This document shows, one piece after another, positions 12,684 through 26,941 of a stretch of DNA of 64,000 nt. The DNA comes from Octopus sinensis (lineage: Eukaryota). The DNA lies in the NCBI RefSeq assembly GCF_006345805.1, contig NC_043007.1, positions 76,384,001-76,448,000 of the forward strand, in the 5' to 3' direction. The stretch's first letter is position 1; each line of letters starts with the position of its first letter. The notes under the pieces are model-generated. The model was not told the origin of the DNA, searched no databases, and was given only the letters and a program-made list of their open reading frames with translations. The position numbers were made by a program, and so were the translations under genes.

Positions 12684-14694
12684 CAGATAGATATTCCTTC
12701 ATTCTTTTACTCATCTCAGCCATCCGATCGCGGCCATACTGGAGCACCGCCTTTAGTGGAACATTTCGATCCCAGGACTTATTCATAGTAAGCCTATTCC
12801 AAGAGAATTGCAATTCAATTTAAGCCACACTGATTATATGACACACAGAACAACTTGTTTCATGGTCGGCGACGAAACCACCCACCTGGCTTGCCAGATG
12901 AGGAGTGTGTTGTGGGCACTCTACAGGACATTGCATTTTAACAACACTTATACTCAATGTTTACAAAGTAAGCCGTACTTTCTCATTTACCACGAGACGC
13001 AGTGAACCCCATAGAATGCTTTCTCTCCTGACACAGCAGATGAAAATAAAACGATAAAAACTGAGACTCCTGTTTCAGTGACATCCTGTCCACTAGGCCA
13101 GATGCAATCTTTTAGTCACAGTAGCCTATAAAAAAAGTCTCTAGATAACTTGTGGATTAGGTGGAAATCGTTTCAATAAGATTTCTGTTCTTTGGCTGAA
13201 CAAATCATTGTAATAAGCCAATCAACACGATTTATATTAACCACTTTTGCATGATCTGTACTTGATTTTAATGTCATTATTAGGAGCGTCGGATAGGAGC
13301 TCGAAGAACTACGGTTCAAGTTAGGATAAATGCGCTGAAAATTAAAGAATGAGGATTGTAGAATAATTGTACGGGATGATAATAACTAATTCCATTAGAA
13401 TAAATGGAGTATATTTATTTAAATGGGTTAAATAAATAGGTGCTGAAGGCTGACTGATAAGAATTGTATGATTTAATAGATAGCTGTCAGTTAAGAGTAG
13501 TTACAAAATAATGTTTTTATCATCAATTAGTTTCAGGCCAGTTTTGATAGAATAGACAAGGATCAAAGACATTCTATGAACATGCAACCTTTCCTGTAAA
13601 ATTACCCTGTTCTGCTGTTTGGTAGGCATGATAAGTGGAAAGAGAAACAGAGGTCGACAAACTAAGAGATAGAGAGGTAACATCACAGCCTTGGCATAAT
13701 TTTGTAAACGCTCTTCCCAAAGATAGAATACTATAGAGGCAACGATCTCATGTTAGTGCGCATTCTGCCGGAGGCAGAGATAGCAGAAATTGATTGATTG
13801 ATTGAGTGAGTGAGTGAGTGAGTGAGTGAGTGAGTGATTGAGTGAGTGAGTGAGTGAGTGAGTGAGTGAGTGATTTACCTTTTCTACATCATCTATTGTG
13901 TGCTTCATTTTTCAAGAGACTAAGGGTGTAGTTTAAGTGAAATTTAGCTACTGTTTGTGGCAGGTCAAGTGATCCCGTAGAGCTTATCTTGGCACTTCAA
14001 ATTTTTAGCTAAGGACATGATCAATTGAATCGAACTTAGATATGACTGTTACTTGTTTTACTCAACCAGAAAGGTGACAGGAAGCATCAATACCTGGGTT
14101 TTAAACCCATAATTAAATATATAATGTAGATGGGTATATAATATTTGATAATATACTAAGAAAATAAGTGAAATGCAATTAGATTTAGTTTAACAAATAT
14201 TATAAGTTTGCCATATATGAGTAGGCTAAATGGGAAATACGTGAATTATTCAAGGCTGACTTAAATAGAGAAACTAATATATAATTGACCCAGAACTAGA
14301 CATATTTTATGCGGTTGTTTAAGACATGGAATTATTTCAGAAAATAACTGAAAGATAATTTCTTTACTTCCTTTATTTATTTATTTATTATTTTTTTTTT
14401 TTTCGAATGAAGAGGACTAATACGTATAATTTGTACTGAAAATTGGTTGATCTAAATAAAACAATATTTTGCCACTCATCATCTTAATGATAGTCATTTC
14501 TAACATTGTACAAGCACGAAATTTAGAATAAAAGAGTTCAGTTAATTAAACTAACACTAGTGAGTGACTGGTATTTTATTTCATCGAGCCATGGAAAGAT
14601 GAAAAGAAAAGTTGACTGCTGCTAGATTTCAAGTAAGAAAGTAAAGAACCGCAACAGATATTGCATGCCATTTAATGATAATAAAAGTGATTAT

Positions 14695-14924
14695 AAGGCG
14701 GCGAGCTGGCAGAAACGTTAGCACGCCGGGCGAAATGCGTAGCCGTATTTTGTCTGCCGCTACGTTCTGAGTTCAAGTTCTGAGGTCGACTTTGCCGTTC
14801 ATCCTTTCGGGGTCGATTAAATAAGTACCAGTTACGTACTGGGGTAGATGTAATCGACTTAATCCCTTTGTCTGTCCTTTTTTGTCCCCTTTGTGTTTGA
14901 CCCCTTGTGGGTAGTAAAGAAACA
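14695..14924 (+). mobile_element. Nin-domain tRNA SINE with 16-bp target-site duplication
   Basis: Same family as 4907; GATAATAAAAGTGATT at 14677-14692 and 14925-14940. Confidence 0.88.
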
Positions 14925-14949
14925 GATAATAAAAGTGATTTCTAACATA

Positions 14950-16226
14950 CGAGGGGCGTTCAATATGTAATGCCTCTGATAATTAATTACATGTGCAATT
15001 AATTATATCTCTATAGATTAAGTGGCAAATTACAGCTCTGAACTAATTGTGGTTTCTGAAATACAGGTGTTTGAACTGAGTCAAGTGTGAAATGGAGTCA
15101 GTTGAGTGTCGAGCAGTGATCCGGTTTTTGTATTTGAAAGGACGCACACCACAGGAGACTTTTGATGAAATGAAAGTAACTTATGGTGATGATGCCCCAT
15201 CATATGACCTTGTAAAACGCTGGCATCGTGAATTCAAACATGGTTGCAACTCTGCGGAAACAGCTCCCAGATCTGGTCGCCCCCCCCCTCCCCCCTTCTG
15301 CCATTGATGAGGCATCTGTCCATCAAGTTGAGGCTGCCATTTTGGAAGATCGACGCATAACTATTCGCCAAATAGCCCATGAGGTCAAGTTTAGTACCGG
15401 GTCTGTGGAAACTATCATTCATGACCATTTGCATATGCAAAAGGTGTCTGCCAGATGGATTCCCATGTTGCTCACAACTTTCCAGAAGCAAGAACGCGTC
15501 GAGTGCTCGAGGATGAATTTGGAGATGTGCCAAGAAGATGAGTCAAAATTTTTCAAAAGACTGATTACACAGGATGAAACCTGGGTCCATCACTATGATC
15601 CAGACACCAAAGCCCAGTCAATGCAGTGGAAGCACCGTGACTCACCTCCTCCAAAGAAGGCAAGGGTGCAGCCCTCCGCTGGCAAGGTCATGCTCACAGT
15701 CTTCTGGGGCCAGGACGGAGTAGTGATGACAGATTTCCTGGCAAAGGGTACCACAATTACAGGAGCCTATTATGCTTCACTTTTGAGGAAATTAAGAGAA
15801 GCTATCAAAATCAAGAGGCGGGGCAAGATCAGCAAAGGCATCCTCCTCCTGCAGGACAACGCTCCGGTCTACAACTCGTGTGTCGCCAGATCAGAAGCAC
15901 AGGCGTGCAGCTATTAACTCCTCCCCTATCCCCCTACTCTCCTGACCTTGCACCCTCTGATTTTCACCTCTTCCCAGCCATGAAGTTGTTTTTGAAAGGA
16001 AAGCGTTTCCCAGATGATGCAGCCTTGATTTCTGAAGTCACGTCGTGGTTGGAGGACCAAGCCGGGGTCTTCTACAAAAACGGTCTCCAGAGTTGCATCA
16101 AACGATGGGAGAAATGTGTAACTCTGAGTTGTTCCTATGTAGAAAAAGACTAATAACTGTGCCAAGTTTCGTTGCTCTACTGCTATGGGAAGTGGGTCAG
16201 GGGCATTACTTATTGAACGCCCCTCG
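14950..16226 (+). mobile_element. Mariner (DD34D) DNA transposon, near full length
   Basis: TIRs CGAGGGGCGTTCAATA.GTAATGCC / GGCATTACTTATTGAACGCCCCTCG, TA duplications at 14948-49 and 16227-28. Confidence 0.95.
15092..16153 (+). pseudogene. Mariner transposase, disrupted (frameshift at poly-C ~15290, break ~15915)
   Basis: Three ORF pieces: MESVECRAVIRFL.., RWIPMLL, ITQDETW, LLQDNAP, YSPDLAPSDFHLF. Confidence 0.92.
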
Positions 16227-16231
16227 TATAT

Positions 16232-16520
16232 CAGTGATTCTCAACCATATTTCGTCTAAGGACCCTTTTGATTTCTATTTTACTCTCCTGGAACCCCGTA
16301 ACCATTCGATGTTTAAAAAAAAACCTGTTACGTTCTTATAATTAAATGTTAATAGGAATTGTATAGAACAGTAACTATTTTGTATATTGTAGCAATATGA
16401 CCAATTTATTGCGCATAAATTTTCACTACAAAATCTTATATGGATCTCCAAAGATCATATGGATCCCGAAGGGTCATATGGATCTCCAAGGGTCATATGG
16501 ACCCCAATTGAGGACCATTG
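16232..16520. mobile_element. Probable hAT/Charlie-type MITE with four ~20-bp subterminal repeats
   Basis: Imperfect termini CAGTGATTCTCAA / TTGAGGACCATTG; ATATGGATCTCCAA-like repeats at 16438-16505. Confidence 0.5.
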
Positions 16521-17309
16521 ACATATATGATCATAATTTGGCAGGAAGAAAACAGTCGATGAAATCGAACTAGTACTTGATTAGTAATTTATTCTATCGT
16601 TGCCACAAGGATGAAAAGTTAACTTGATATCTGTCTATCCTATCATGTCTACATATTTGCATATATATGCTCACTCACATACATACATACATACATACAT
16701 ACATACATACATACATACATACATACATACATACATACATACACACATCAAATTCAGTTACAATTTGTCTGTGTGAGAGTATGTGTATCTTTCAAACCTT
16801 TGAACATTATCTACACATGGGATTGTATAATATATAGAACAGGATTTAATTATTAGTAGAAAAAATTATGTTGACGTCTTCACTGGAATGTATTTGACAT
16901 GATTTGAAAAACAGACTGGGCTTGATTTTGATTGAAGTTGCAGAGCTTATCATCTTTCATACATTTCCGGAGCAAAAGATAACCACTCCAACTTCTGGGG
17001 TTTACCCAGCCAGACCTATGTCGGTAGGTGTGTACTCTAACTGATTTCAGAATGTAACCGGTGATGTTGTTGTATAGAGTCAGGTCAGCCTTGATTGAAC
17101 AGACTTACAAGAAAAGATTTCAAGACTTGATCATCTCATAATTTTCTTTTAAATATGACTCTGTGGTAAACAACCTCACTTTGCAGCAACGTGAATTGGG
17201 ATCCAACCCAGTTGTGCAGACCTTGGGCAAGTATCTTTGCTGTAGCTCCGGGGTGACCAATGCCTTGTGAGTGAATTTGGTCGATAGAATGCGTGAAGAA
17301 GCCCGTCAC

Positions 17310-17344
<35 letters not shown>

Positions 17345-17350
<6 letters not shown>

Positions 17351-17575
17351 CAATAAGTATCTGGACTGTTGCTATTGTAACGAAGCTAATGCACAGAGAG
17401 TGAAGCTGCTTTGCACAGATTTACCTTAAACTTTATTGTGCATGTGTACTAAGTTGTAACATTTACACCAGTGCTTGGAAGGAAAGCATGTAGCGTGTGA
17501 TCGTCGCAATGACCATGACAGGGAAAGTTGAGCAGCGAATCGGCATCAAATTTTGCCAAAAGCTTGGCGATACCT
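17345..17575 (+). mobile_element. 5' remnant of a different mariner family
   Basis: TGATCAATAAGTATCTGGACTG TIR-like start beside (TA)n; ATG at ~17515 reads MTGKVEQRIGIKFCQKLGDT. Confidence 0.6.
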
Positions 17576-17651
17576 GGGGCATATGGCGTTGTGGTTAAGA
17601 GCGCGGGCTACTAACCCCAAGAGATCGATTCCAGGCAGTGACCTGAATAAC

Positions 17652-17749
<98 letters not shown>

Positions 17750-17920
17750 TAATAATAATAATAATAATAATAATATAATAATAATAATAATAATAATAAC
17801 ACTAAAAAATACATTAGGAATGAGGACCCAGGTTCGAAATTTCCCTAAGACACCTGTTGAAGTCTGGAGGGTATATCAACCGAAACGTTGTATTAACAAC
17901 AAACAAGATGAGGACAAATA
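17576..17920 (+). mobile_element. tRNA-head retroposon with internal (AAT)n and a 3' hammerhead-like motif (17850-17893)
   Basis: A box TGGCGTTGTGG, B-box-like GATCGATTCC, (AAT)n, then ACAC-CTGTTGA-A-GTCTG..CAACC-GAAA-CG-TT-GTAT. Confidence 0.55.
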
Positions 17921-18009
17921 CCACACTGGTTTCATGATCCTACTCTGCCACACTGGCTAGACATGGCTTGGCAGAGGGGTGCAGTTTTTATACGCTTTCT
18001 CAGGAGTAG

Positions 18010-18158
18010 TTAGCTCTATTACATCGATCTCATTACTCAACTCTAAAGGTTGAAAAGCATAGTCGGCTTCGGCTGAATTTGAACTCAGAACGTAAGGACT
18101 GACAAAATACCACTAAGCATTTAACCTGGCGTGCTAACAATCCTGCCAGCTCGCCGCT
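18010..18158 (-). mobile_element. Diverged Nin-domain SINE
   Basis: GAATTTGAACTCAGAACGTAAG...CTGCCAGCTCGCCGC, reverse of the 4907 family head. Confidence 0.7.
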
Positions 18159-18170
18159 TCCTTTGTTTTT

Positions 18171-19970
18171 TTAAAGTGTTACTGATGAGTTTCTATTCAC
18201 AAAATATCTGGAATGCGATACGAAAGGGGAAACGGTTTTCAGATGCCTAAAACAGTATTTGAAAGAACGTGACATCAATCTCGAAAACGTTAAGCCGTTG
18301 CAACCGACGGTGCACCAGCTATAGTTGGAAGGTACAGAGGTTTCGCTGCCTTTCTCAAGCAAGATGTTCCTAATGTACTTGCCATTCATTGCATATTGCA
18401 CCGAAACCATTTTGTGGCCAAGAAGCTTAGTGGTGAGCTACATGAAGCATTGATGGTTTGTGTGAAAGCAGTCAATAAAATAAAAACACAATCCCGCTCA
18501 ACTCAAGATTGTTGGCGAGGTTGTGCGAGGAAAATGATGAAACTGCAAAGCAGTTACTCTTCCACACAGAGGTGAGGTGGTTATCTAGAGGTGAAAGTTT
18601 GAAAAGGATTGTCGACATCTTTGATTCCACAGTAGAGTTTCTGAGAGAAGTGGCTCCAACGCTGTGTGATGAATTGAAGAAATATGAAAAGCATTTGTTT
18701 TATTTGGCAGACATTTACTGCAAGTTTAATGAGATTGGAAAACGTCTGCAGGACAAGGATGTAACAATAATTCAAGCCCGGACAATTATCATGGGATTCC
18801 AGGTGAAACTTGCATTGTTCAAACATTCTTTGGTCAGAAGAAATTTTAAGTATTTTTCGAACTTGATGCTCTTCTCATTGAATTCAGGACGAAATAGTTC
18901 AGGAGCTGATATCGAGATCTTCACCGATCACTTGCAAAATCTGCAAGATGGTTTCCGTGGTCGGTTTGAGGACATCGAGAACATGTAAATTCTGGTGTGA
19001 ATTACGGCACCGTTCGACAAGAAATTTGAAAATTTGAAAATGTGCCCAGAGCTTGAAAGCGAACTGTCTGATTTGAGTGTCGATATTGTGGAGGCACATG
19101 GCCTAGTGGTTAGAGCAGCGTACTCGCGCTCGAGGGATCGCAGGTTCGAATCTCAGACTGGATGATGTGTGTTTATGAGCGAAACACCTAAGCTCCACGC
19201 GGCTCCGGTAGAAGGTAATGGCGAAACTTCTACTGACTCTTTCGCCACAATTTTCTCTCACTCTTTCCTCCTGCATCTTGCAGTTCACCTGCGACGGACA
19301 TGCGTCCCGTCCAGATGGGGAACCTATACGTCAAGAAACCGGGACACCGGCCCTTATGAGCCAGACATGGCTCGAGAAGGAACAAACAAAACAAGTGTCG
19401 ATATTGCGGCGAAATCCTTTTGGGGGATCAGAAGCCTGAGTGACTTTTGGTACAATAAAAAACAAGGGAAAGGTACCCATATCTGAAAGCGGCTTTCCAG
19501 CTCTTACATATTGGAAGCTGGCTTCAGCCATGCAAACGCAATCTTCAGCAAAAAGAGGAATCGCTTGAACCTGAAGGAACGAAAAGATTTGGGACTGAAA
19601 CTGACCAACATTGAGCTCGATATCAATGCCTTGATTCAGGATCACCATGCTCATCCCTCACATTGATGTTGTTACTTTCAATAAAAGATGTCCCAGTAAT
19701 ATGATGTTTTTCACATTTTCTAACCGTGAAAAACAATTTCATAAAAATTGAAAGTTAAATACTGTATACTCGTACACAGTTTTAAATGTAAAAAGTGTAT
19801 CATATTCAATAGGATTTCCTAATTTTTCGTACATATATATTTTAGCTAACATTTTAATTGTCAGTATCAGTAGCTTGTACGCATTTAAGATATGGTACGG
19901 AAGGGTAGGGTAGGCTGGTCGGTGCGGAAGGAGAAGGGGTTCGATAGTAGAAAAAGTTTGGTGAACCCGG
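18171..19970 (+). mobile_element. hAT (Charlie/Buster, ZBED8/SCAND3-like) transposon, 3' half, pseudogenised and SINE-interrupted
   Basis: TDGAPAIVG, IHCILHR, LLFHTEVRWLSRG, YLADIY..FNE, C-terminal HAHPSH-stop at ~19666; Charlie-like end AAAAAGTTTGGTGAACCCGG. Confidence 0.85.
19088..19393 (+). mobile_element. tRNA-derived SINE (V-domain-like) inserted in the hAT transposase
   Basis: TGGCCTAGTGG A box, GGTTCGAATC B box, CCTGCGACGGAC..CGTCCCGTCCAG core, (AAAC)n tail; TSD AGTGTCGATATT at 19076 and 19394. Confidence 0.88.
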
Positions 19971-22337
19971 GTTTAAACTTTAATAAATATGCATTTAATT
20001 TCATTTGGAAGTTGTTGATGCTTCTATCAAATCTTACTTTATTATGAGTTGATATCTTTTTCGATCTTATCTTGTGGGTGATTTTAGTTGGATTTGTAGT
20101 CGAACCTTTTGTCTGGGACAGGTTACTAGAGCCTTTATCGAAGAACTATGCATGCCATTTCATTTTTCGCTCGTTTTCCGATTTCTTCTGAGTGCTTAAT
20201 ATGGAGTTTTGTTTTGTTTTGTTTTTTAGAATGTTGTGATGTTTTGAGCCAATGAATAATATTTCTTTCGCATTTTTGGTTATGGAATGTCATTCATTTA
20301 TATCGCTTTACCAGTTGGGGCATCGCATACGTTATTTATAGCGAACAGGGAAATAGCTATTTTATAGAATGTGTAGAGTATAAATATCTTTCTTAGACGG
20401 TACATTATGCTGCTGTACAAAGCTTCTTGATAGCTCGATATAGGCTTCTTGATTGCTCGACATCGTTCATAAGAAACTAAGAGATGCTTCAATCCAAAAA
20501 GGTGGCAAATCTTTACTGTTTCATTGGCTAAACGAATTAATCTCGAACTCTAGTGGTAACAAGTAACCCAGTATAACCTGTCACATCGTCGGATTGTCGG
20601 TGACTAAACCGTTTACTTTACGAAGCTTGCTTGTGGGGAGGGTGATTTATTGGGCATCCTGCTGGATGAAAAACAAAACCCGTCAAAGGGCGGAAGAATT
20701 CTAGAAATTCAATGTGTGAAGGCAAATGGCCTAGTAGTTTGAGGCATTGCACTCACGATCGCAAGATCATGGTTTCGGTTCCAAGTCCGACTGTGATCTT
20801 GAACAAAACATTTCATTTCACGTTGCTCCAGTCCACTCAGATATAAATGGGTAACTGTGTGATGGTTTAGAGTACAAGAGTGAGAAATGGTTTACCCAGG
20901 AAAAATCACCCGAATGGAGGACTCACGAGCCATGATTTGTATTCAGCGATAGAAAAGATGAATAGTAAAACCCATGCTGGGAATTCCGACTGGTTGGAAC
21001 TGGTTGTTCAACCAAGTCAAAGAATGATTATATGGCAATTTTTCAAAAATTCAAAACTGAGTAATGTCAAAGCATATTTTTCAAGGGAGACAACTATACT
21101 TCACTTAATAGAGAACATCATAATTAGATTAAATTTTAACTTAAATTGTGAGTCGATTTACCACAGCACCGCATGTATCGACAGTAGATTCAACAAGTCT
21201 ACAGTTAGAACTTGATTTTTAAGTGCAAATTGGTTCAGTCTACAACCGCTATATAGGTGATCAAAAAAATCAACATGCAGAAATTAACCAAAATTCTAGC
21301 TAAATATTGATTTTCTCTAGTAAGTGAACAAAGTTATCTCCCTTCAAAAAATTAAAATTATGGACATTTTTCTAAAACAAATTTTCATATTTGTGATACC
21401 GTCTTTTTCTTAGAGAGGTAATGAGGCGCTGACGACATTTTGGATTCGAACATAGTTTTCATTTCAGAATCAACAAAGTTCGCCGCATAAAGCAAGTTAT
21501 CTTGAAACAGCCGCCAAATTATAACTGTATTCTGCCTCTCCTGTTTACGCCCTGTATTGAGTACTTTGTGCTTGCGTTTGTTAAAAACGACGTTTGCGCG
21601 TCTGTGGGTGGGGTGTGCGCGTGTTTGTGTGTGTATGTGTGTGTGTGCGTTAATTTGTATGTATGAATATTTTATTATTTGTGTATTAATTAATGTTCGT
21701 GTCATTCTGTTTAAATTGCTTATATATGTGCCTGTGTAGATTTGTGGGAGTGTTTGCGAATCTATGTATTTACGACCGTACATATGCATGTATGTATGTT
21801 TGTATGTATGTATGTATGTATGTATGTATGTATATGTGTGTATATACATGTGTGTGAATGTATTTTGTGTGTGCACGCGCGCACGCGCGCATGTACGTTT
21901 TTCCTATCACTATCAGTACGTCTAAAAGACAGTCTTTTAGTGTTGTCGGAGTTGAACAAACAAGTTGATGCTTCTCTCTTGTTCTGCTCTATGTCACACA
22001 CTTACGTGATGAGCTAAGAAAAGATCTGTTCATCAGAGCAAAAACAAGAAATGCTTTTCTTTTTCGCCCAGAGCTCTCCCTAAACAAAGAACGTTTCTCA
22101 AAAAATTGCCTGTATTTTATATAATATACAGAAATTGAGAATTACAAGAAAATGTATAAACAGAAATATTAAGATATTTTCTGAAGTCATATAGATAAAT
22201 TATCAATAAATGCTATTCAAAAGTTTCATATATATTACTTATAAAATTTTAACTTTATACATGTGTCTGTATTACTGTACAGAAAATATATAAGCTAATA
22301 CGATTCCATTTTTAAAAAATACTTATAATAATACATA

Positions 22338-22502
22338 GGCGTAGGAGTGGCTGTGTGGTAAGTAGCTTGCTTACCAACCACATGGTTCCGGGTTCAGTCC
22401 CACTGCGTGACACCTCTTCTACTATAGCCTCGGCGACCAAAGCCTTGTGAGTGGATTTGGTAGACGGAAATTGAAAGAAGTCCATCGTATATATGTAGAT
22501 AG

Positions 22503-22557
<55 letters not shown>

Positions 22558-22780
22558 TGTGTGTGTGAGTGTGTGTCAATGTTTGTCCCCTAGCATCTCT
22601 TGACAACCGATACTGGTGTGTTTACGTCTCCGTAACTTAGCGGTTCGGCAAAAGAGACCGATAGAATAAGTACTAGGCTTACAAAGAATAAGTCCTGGGG
22701 TCGATTTGCTCGACTAAAAGCGGTGCTCCAGCATGGCCATAGTCAAATGACTAAAACAAGTAAAAGAGTAAAAGAGTAAA
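22338..22780 (+). mobile_element. tRNA-derived CORE-type SINE with internal (GT)n
   Basis: GGCGTAGGAGTGGCTGTGTGG head, GGTTCAGTCC B box, (GTAAAAGA)n tail; relatives at ~6395-6520, 17160-17310, 12700-12795, 25260-25380, 42350-42480. Confidence 0.85.
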
Positions 22781-22935
22781 GAGAGAAACTTGTTACATGA
22801 GTTATCATTTCAGTTTAATAAAATATGTTTCTACATATTGGAAGCCAGGACAACTCAAAACACCTCTGCTAGTGAGTGGTGGAGTACACACGCAAACACA
22901 CGTAAACACACTCATGCATACATACATACATACAT

Positions 22936-22979
<44 letters not shown>

Positions 22980-23257
22980 CACACACACACACAACACACA
23001 CACACACACACACTAATATCAACATGAAGTGTAGCTTTCCCAACAAGCCTCAACAGAAAATGTCAATTATGTCACATTTCTGTAGAAGACAGCACACGTA
23101 ATATGCAGTTGCCCCAAAATGTCATCAATGTATAACCTCCGAATGCGACACAACGCTGTCGCAAAACAATACTCTGTGCCATTAGAAAAAAATGACTGTT
23201 CCAGGATAAATACGGAAAATCTCTCTGTTATTGAATAGATGCGTAAACAGCAACACA

Positions 23258-23538
23258 ACGCCCTTTTTCAAGTCTAGCCAGGCTCATGGGCCCGGTTTCC
23301 CGGTTTCTATGGCGTATGTGTTTCCCCCAACTGGACGGGACGCCAGTCCATCGCAGCGTTACTCAAGAGAGTGAGAGAAAGAGTATAACAGATGTCGCCA
23401 CCACTCCTTGCCGGAGTCGCATGGAGCTCTAGATGTTTTCGCTCAATAAACATATACAGCGCCCGGTCTGGGAATCGAAACCACGATCCTCCGACCGCGA
23501 GCCCGCTGCTCTAACCATTGGGCTATTGCGCCTCCACA
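23258..23538 (-). mobile_element. V-domain-like tRNA SINE (family related to 19088)
   Basis: Minus strand GTGGAGGCGCAATAGCCCAATGG..GGTTTCGATTCC..GCTGCGATGGACTGGCGTCCCGTCCAG..GAAACCGGGAAACCGG. Confidence 0.8.
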
Positions 23539-24105
23539 AGGAATATTGGTGGAATATTTCCATCAAGACTTCAACAAAATCCAAACATGACAGGCTGAAT
23601 ATCGTTGTTTTGAACAAACAAGAAAAAGCATGTTCTGTCAAAGAGGGATATGTTGCCTTTCTAATGAAAATATCTCTTCGAAAATCAAAGAGAGAGAGGA
23701 TAACTATGGATAACTGCATCGAAACCTTCAACTTCTATAACCAGATTATAAATTCAAATTCATACGAATAACAATTGTTGTTTTGCGAGTAAATAGCTAG
23801 GTGGCAATCTGAAAAGCTATGGGCTTCAGAAAAAGAAATAAGCCAGCTAATTTGCACATTACAAATTCAATATGTAAGCGAAAAATAGATGGAATTGCGT
23901 TACAAATAAGGAGGGGAAATATGATCTTGATGAAAAATATCTACTAACACAACTAAGACTGTGTTTCTTTCCTATCTTGAAATGCGACATGACTTCTTTC
24001 CAACCTTATAGTAAGAAATTTGACTGATACTAGTCAAATATGAAATTAGTATTTGGTATAAAAATAACGAGAAAGAAATATCCACATATTTAGTTATATA
24101 TATAC

Positions 24106-24272
<167 letters not shown>

Positions 24273-24397
24273 CAGATTGATTGATTTATGCATGTACGTA
24301 TGTATGTATGCAGCCATGCATGTATGTAAGGACATCAAACAGATTTATACATGGAAATCGAACTTATTGATATAGTGGACTAAAATTGTGCGTTCAA

Positions 24398-24619
24398 TAA
24401 TCTCTTTATTGCCCACAAGGGGTTAAACATAGAGGGGACAAACAAGGACAGATAAAGGGATTAAGTCGATTACATCGACCCCAGTGCGTAACTGGTACTT
24501 ATTTAATCGACTCGAAAGGATCGATCTCGGCGGAATTTGAACTCAGAACGTAGCGGCAGACGAAATACCGCTAAGCATTTCGCCCGGCACGCTAGCGATT
24601 CTCCCAGCTCGCTGCCTTT
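24398..24619 (-). mobile_element. Nin-domain SINE
   Basis: Reverse complement of the 4907/14695 family with a small internal deletion. Confidence 0.85.
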
Positions 24620-24689
24620 AGCATAGTATATTGTACTTGGAATTAATGTTAGCATACCTATATCTATTACGGTTGTACATCCCAATCGT

Positions 24690-25090
24690 GAAACTGGTGT
24701 AACTTTAGAAATACCACTAATTGTCCTCTTGATGGGAACTGTCTTCGCAAAAATGGTTTACAAATGTTCTGTGAAAACCTTTATCAAGAGCAGATATTAC
24801 ATGCATTCAATTGCAAATCTTTTTGAAAACAAAGATTTTCTGCCCGCTGCTCTTCGGTTCCAAAACGTAGATACTCTACCTCGTTAGCTTAGTACAACAA
24901 TGATTAAAATTCTAAAGATAATGCTTTCAAGCTTCAATGAAGTATTGTTAGTTTCGCTAGACTATATCAGGAAGATAGACAAGATTATCGTTTATGTACA
25001 TGAGAGACAATAGAAATTCTGCTGGCAAAAGATGTATTCGATTAAAAATAAATGAAGTGATAATTAGCTGCGATCCCAAAATACTCAGAA
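24690..25090 (+). mobile_element. Highly degenerate PLE GIY-YIG fragment
   Basis: CNFRNTTNCPLDGNCL..VYKCSV, the Cys linker that precedes PLE GIY-YIG domains; many stops and frameshifts downstream. Confidence 0.55.
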
Positions 25091-26440
25091 CTTTCAACTA
25101 TTACAGAACACATTCTAAGAGCGATGATTAATGATTGGATCTATAAACTCTCTGACTTAAGTCTTATAAAAATAACTCGAACTCAACTCTTCTTACAAAC
25201 TAAAATTCACCTAGAGCTACATCTAGTAGTGCACCTTCCGTTTACCGTTTCAGATTTTATCCAGTAGGCTGCGGTCATGCTGGAGCACCGCCTTGAAGAG
25301 TTTAGTCGAGCAAATCGACCCAAGTATTTATGTTTTTAAAAGTCTCTTAGATATTCTATCACTATCTTTTGTCGAGTCGCTAGCTTGCGGCTTATTCTTC
25401 CCTTCTTACCGTTTCTTATTCTTTCTGTCTTCCTCTCATCGATTAAACCAAGATTCGGGAGAATATATAGGGAGAAAAATGAAGTCACAAAATATATTTC
25501 AGTCTATTTTCTGAAGATGTAACTGATGACCAATTTGATAAATCAAAATTATTGATTATTGATTGCCAACTTCTGAAACAATCGAAATGAAATATCTGAA
25601 ATACCATTTATTTTATTTCTGTTTGTTATTTCACGCACACACACACACACACACATCTGCTATTTCAGAATAGCTTTCGGCTCTGTTATTTTCCCAAAAT
25701 GTATGCTTAGACACTTTTAAGTCTTTACCATGTAGCTCTCTCAACATCTCTAAATAATTTTTTGATTGAAGGGCCTACAAAAATGTTTTCTTTTGTCTAT
25801 GATTCAGAGGGATTTATCTCGCAAGCATTTCAATCCAGTATGTGCTTTATTTATTGCTTTTACAAGATATTTTCGTCCATGTTTGATATGTAATGGAAGA
25901 AGAAACACTTTCTCAAAGTGAACAAGTGAACCATTCAAATCATTTTCCGTAGCTGGATCAATTTTTCTAAACTATTTTACTTGATCTTACTGTATCCCTC
26001 ACATAAATAAACAACGGTACTTAATATAATCAAACTGTAAATTTATCAAACGTATAATGACCTCCACAGATATTTAATTCATATAACAATCAAGGTTTTC
26101 TAAATGCATGCTGTATGACTCTTTCATGTTTGCAGCATGTACCACAGATACGGAAGAAAATTTATTTCTGTTGTGAAGAACTACTTTCAAGCTGAGTTTT
26201 TAGAAATCTATGAACGATCGTTACTCATCTACATAATGTTTATTTTAAAGACCCCATCCCTGACTTGCTGAAACCTTAACATTGTATATTCTATTATGCG
26301 TATGATTATACAATGCATATACAATGCTAAAACCTTAGCGTTGTATATTGTACTTGGAAGATTGTTTTACACTTGTATTTTGTACATGTAGATGATTTGA
26401 CGTACTGATTTGACATCTTAACAATTACGATTACAGAAAA

Positions 26441-26941
26441 TGCCATTGTGAACATTTTCACCGTACGAAAATTCGCCGTAAGAAGTTTTGCTGTTGGAAA
26501 ATTTATCGTATAGGAAAATTCGCCGTAAAAAAATATTAAATTGCAAAAAGAAATTCGCTGTTTTCTTACAATAGCAACTTCATCAACAAATCTACAAATC
26601 AGAGAAAGGTAATTTCTTTAAAATGAATTATCTAATTTACATTCTGCTTGTGTCTCTTTTGATAAACATTTCTGTGCAACTAAGAGACGAATGCTTCGAT
26701 GCAATCGGCAGCAAAAAGTACATTATTTACGCAGCATTGCTTGGAATTTTCGCGACATTTTAAATGACCTTATCAAGTTTTTTAGTGCTTCACGTTGAAT
26801 AAAGACTTGCCTATTTAATGCTCTTATAAAACCTTTTATCATTCTTTTTTTAAAAAAAGAAAAAAATTGTTGATATAATACACCATACGGCGAATTTGTC
26901 CCACAGCGAATTTGACCTGCGACGAATTTGTTCGACGGTGG
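26441..26941. mobile_element. Mutator-like non-autonomous DNA transposon
   Basis: AAAATTCGCCGTA subrepeats at the left end, inverted GCGAATTTG subrepeats at the right end; direct repeat TTACAGAAAA at 26431-40 and 26942-51. Confidence 0.55.

Noticed and set aside
19088-19160. tRNA gene candidates (also 17576, 22338, 23470)
   Set aside because: A/B boxes belong to SINE heads followed by SINE bodies and tails; no complete cloverleaf
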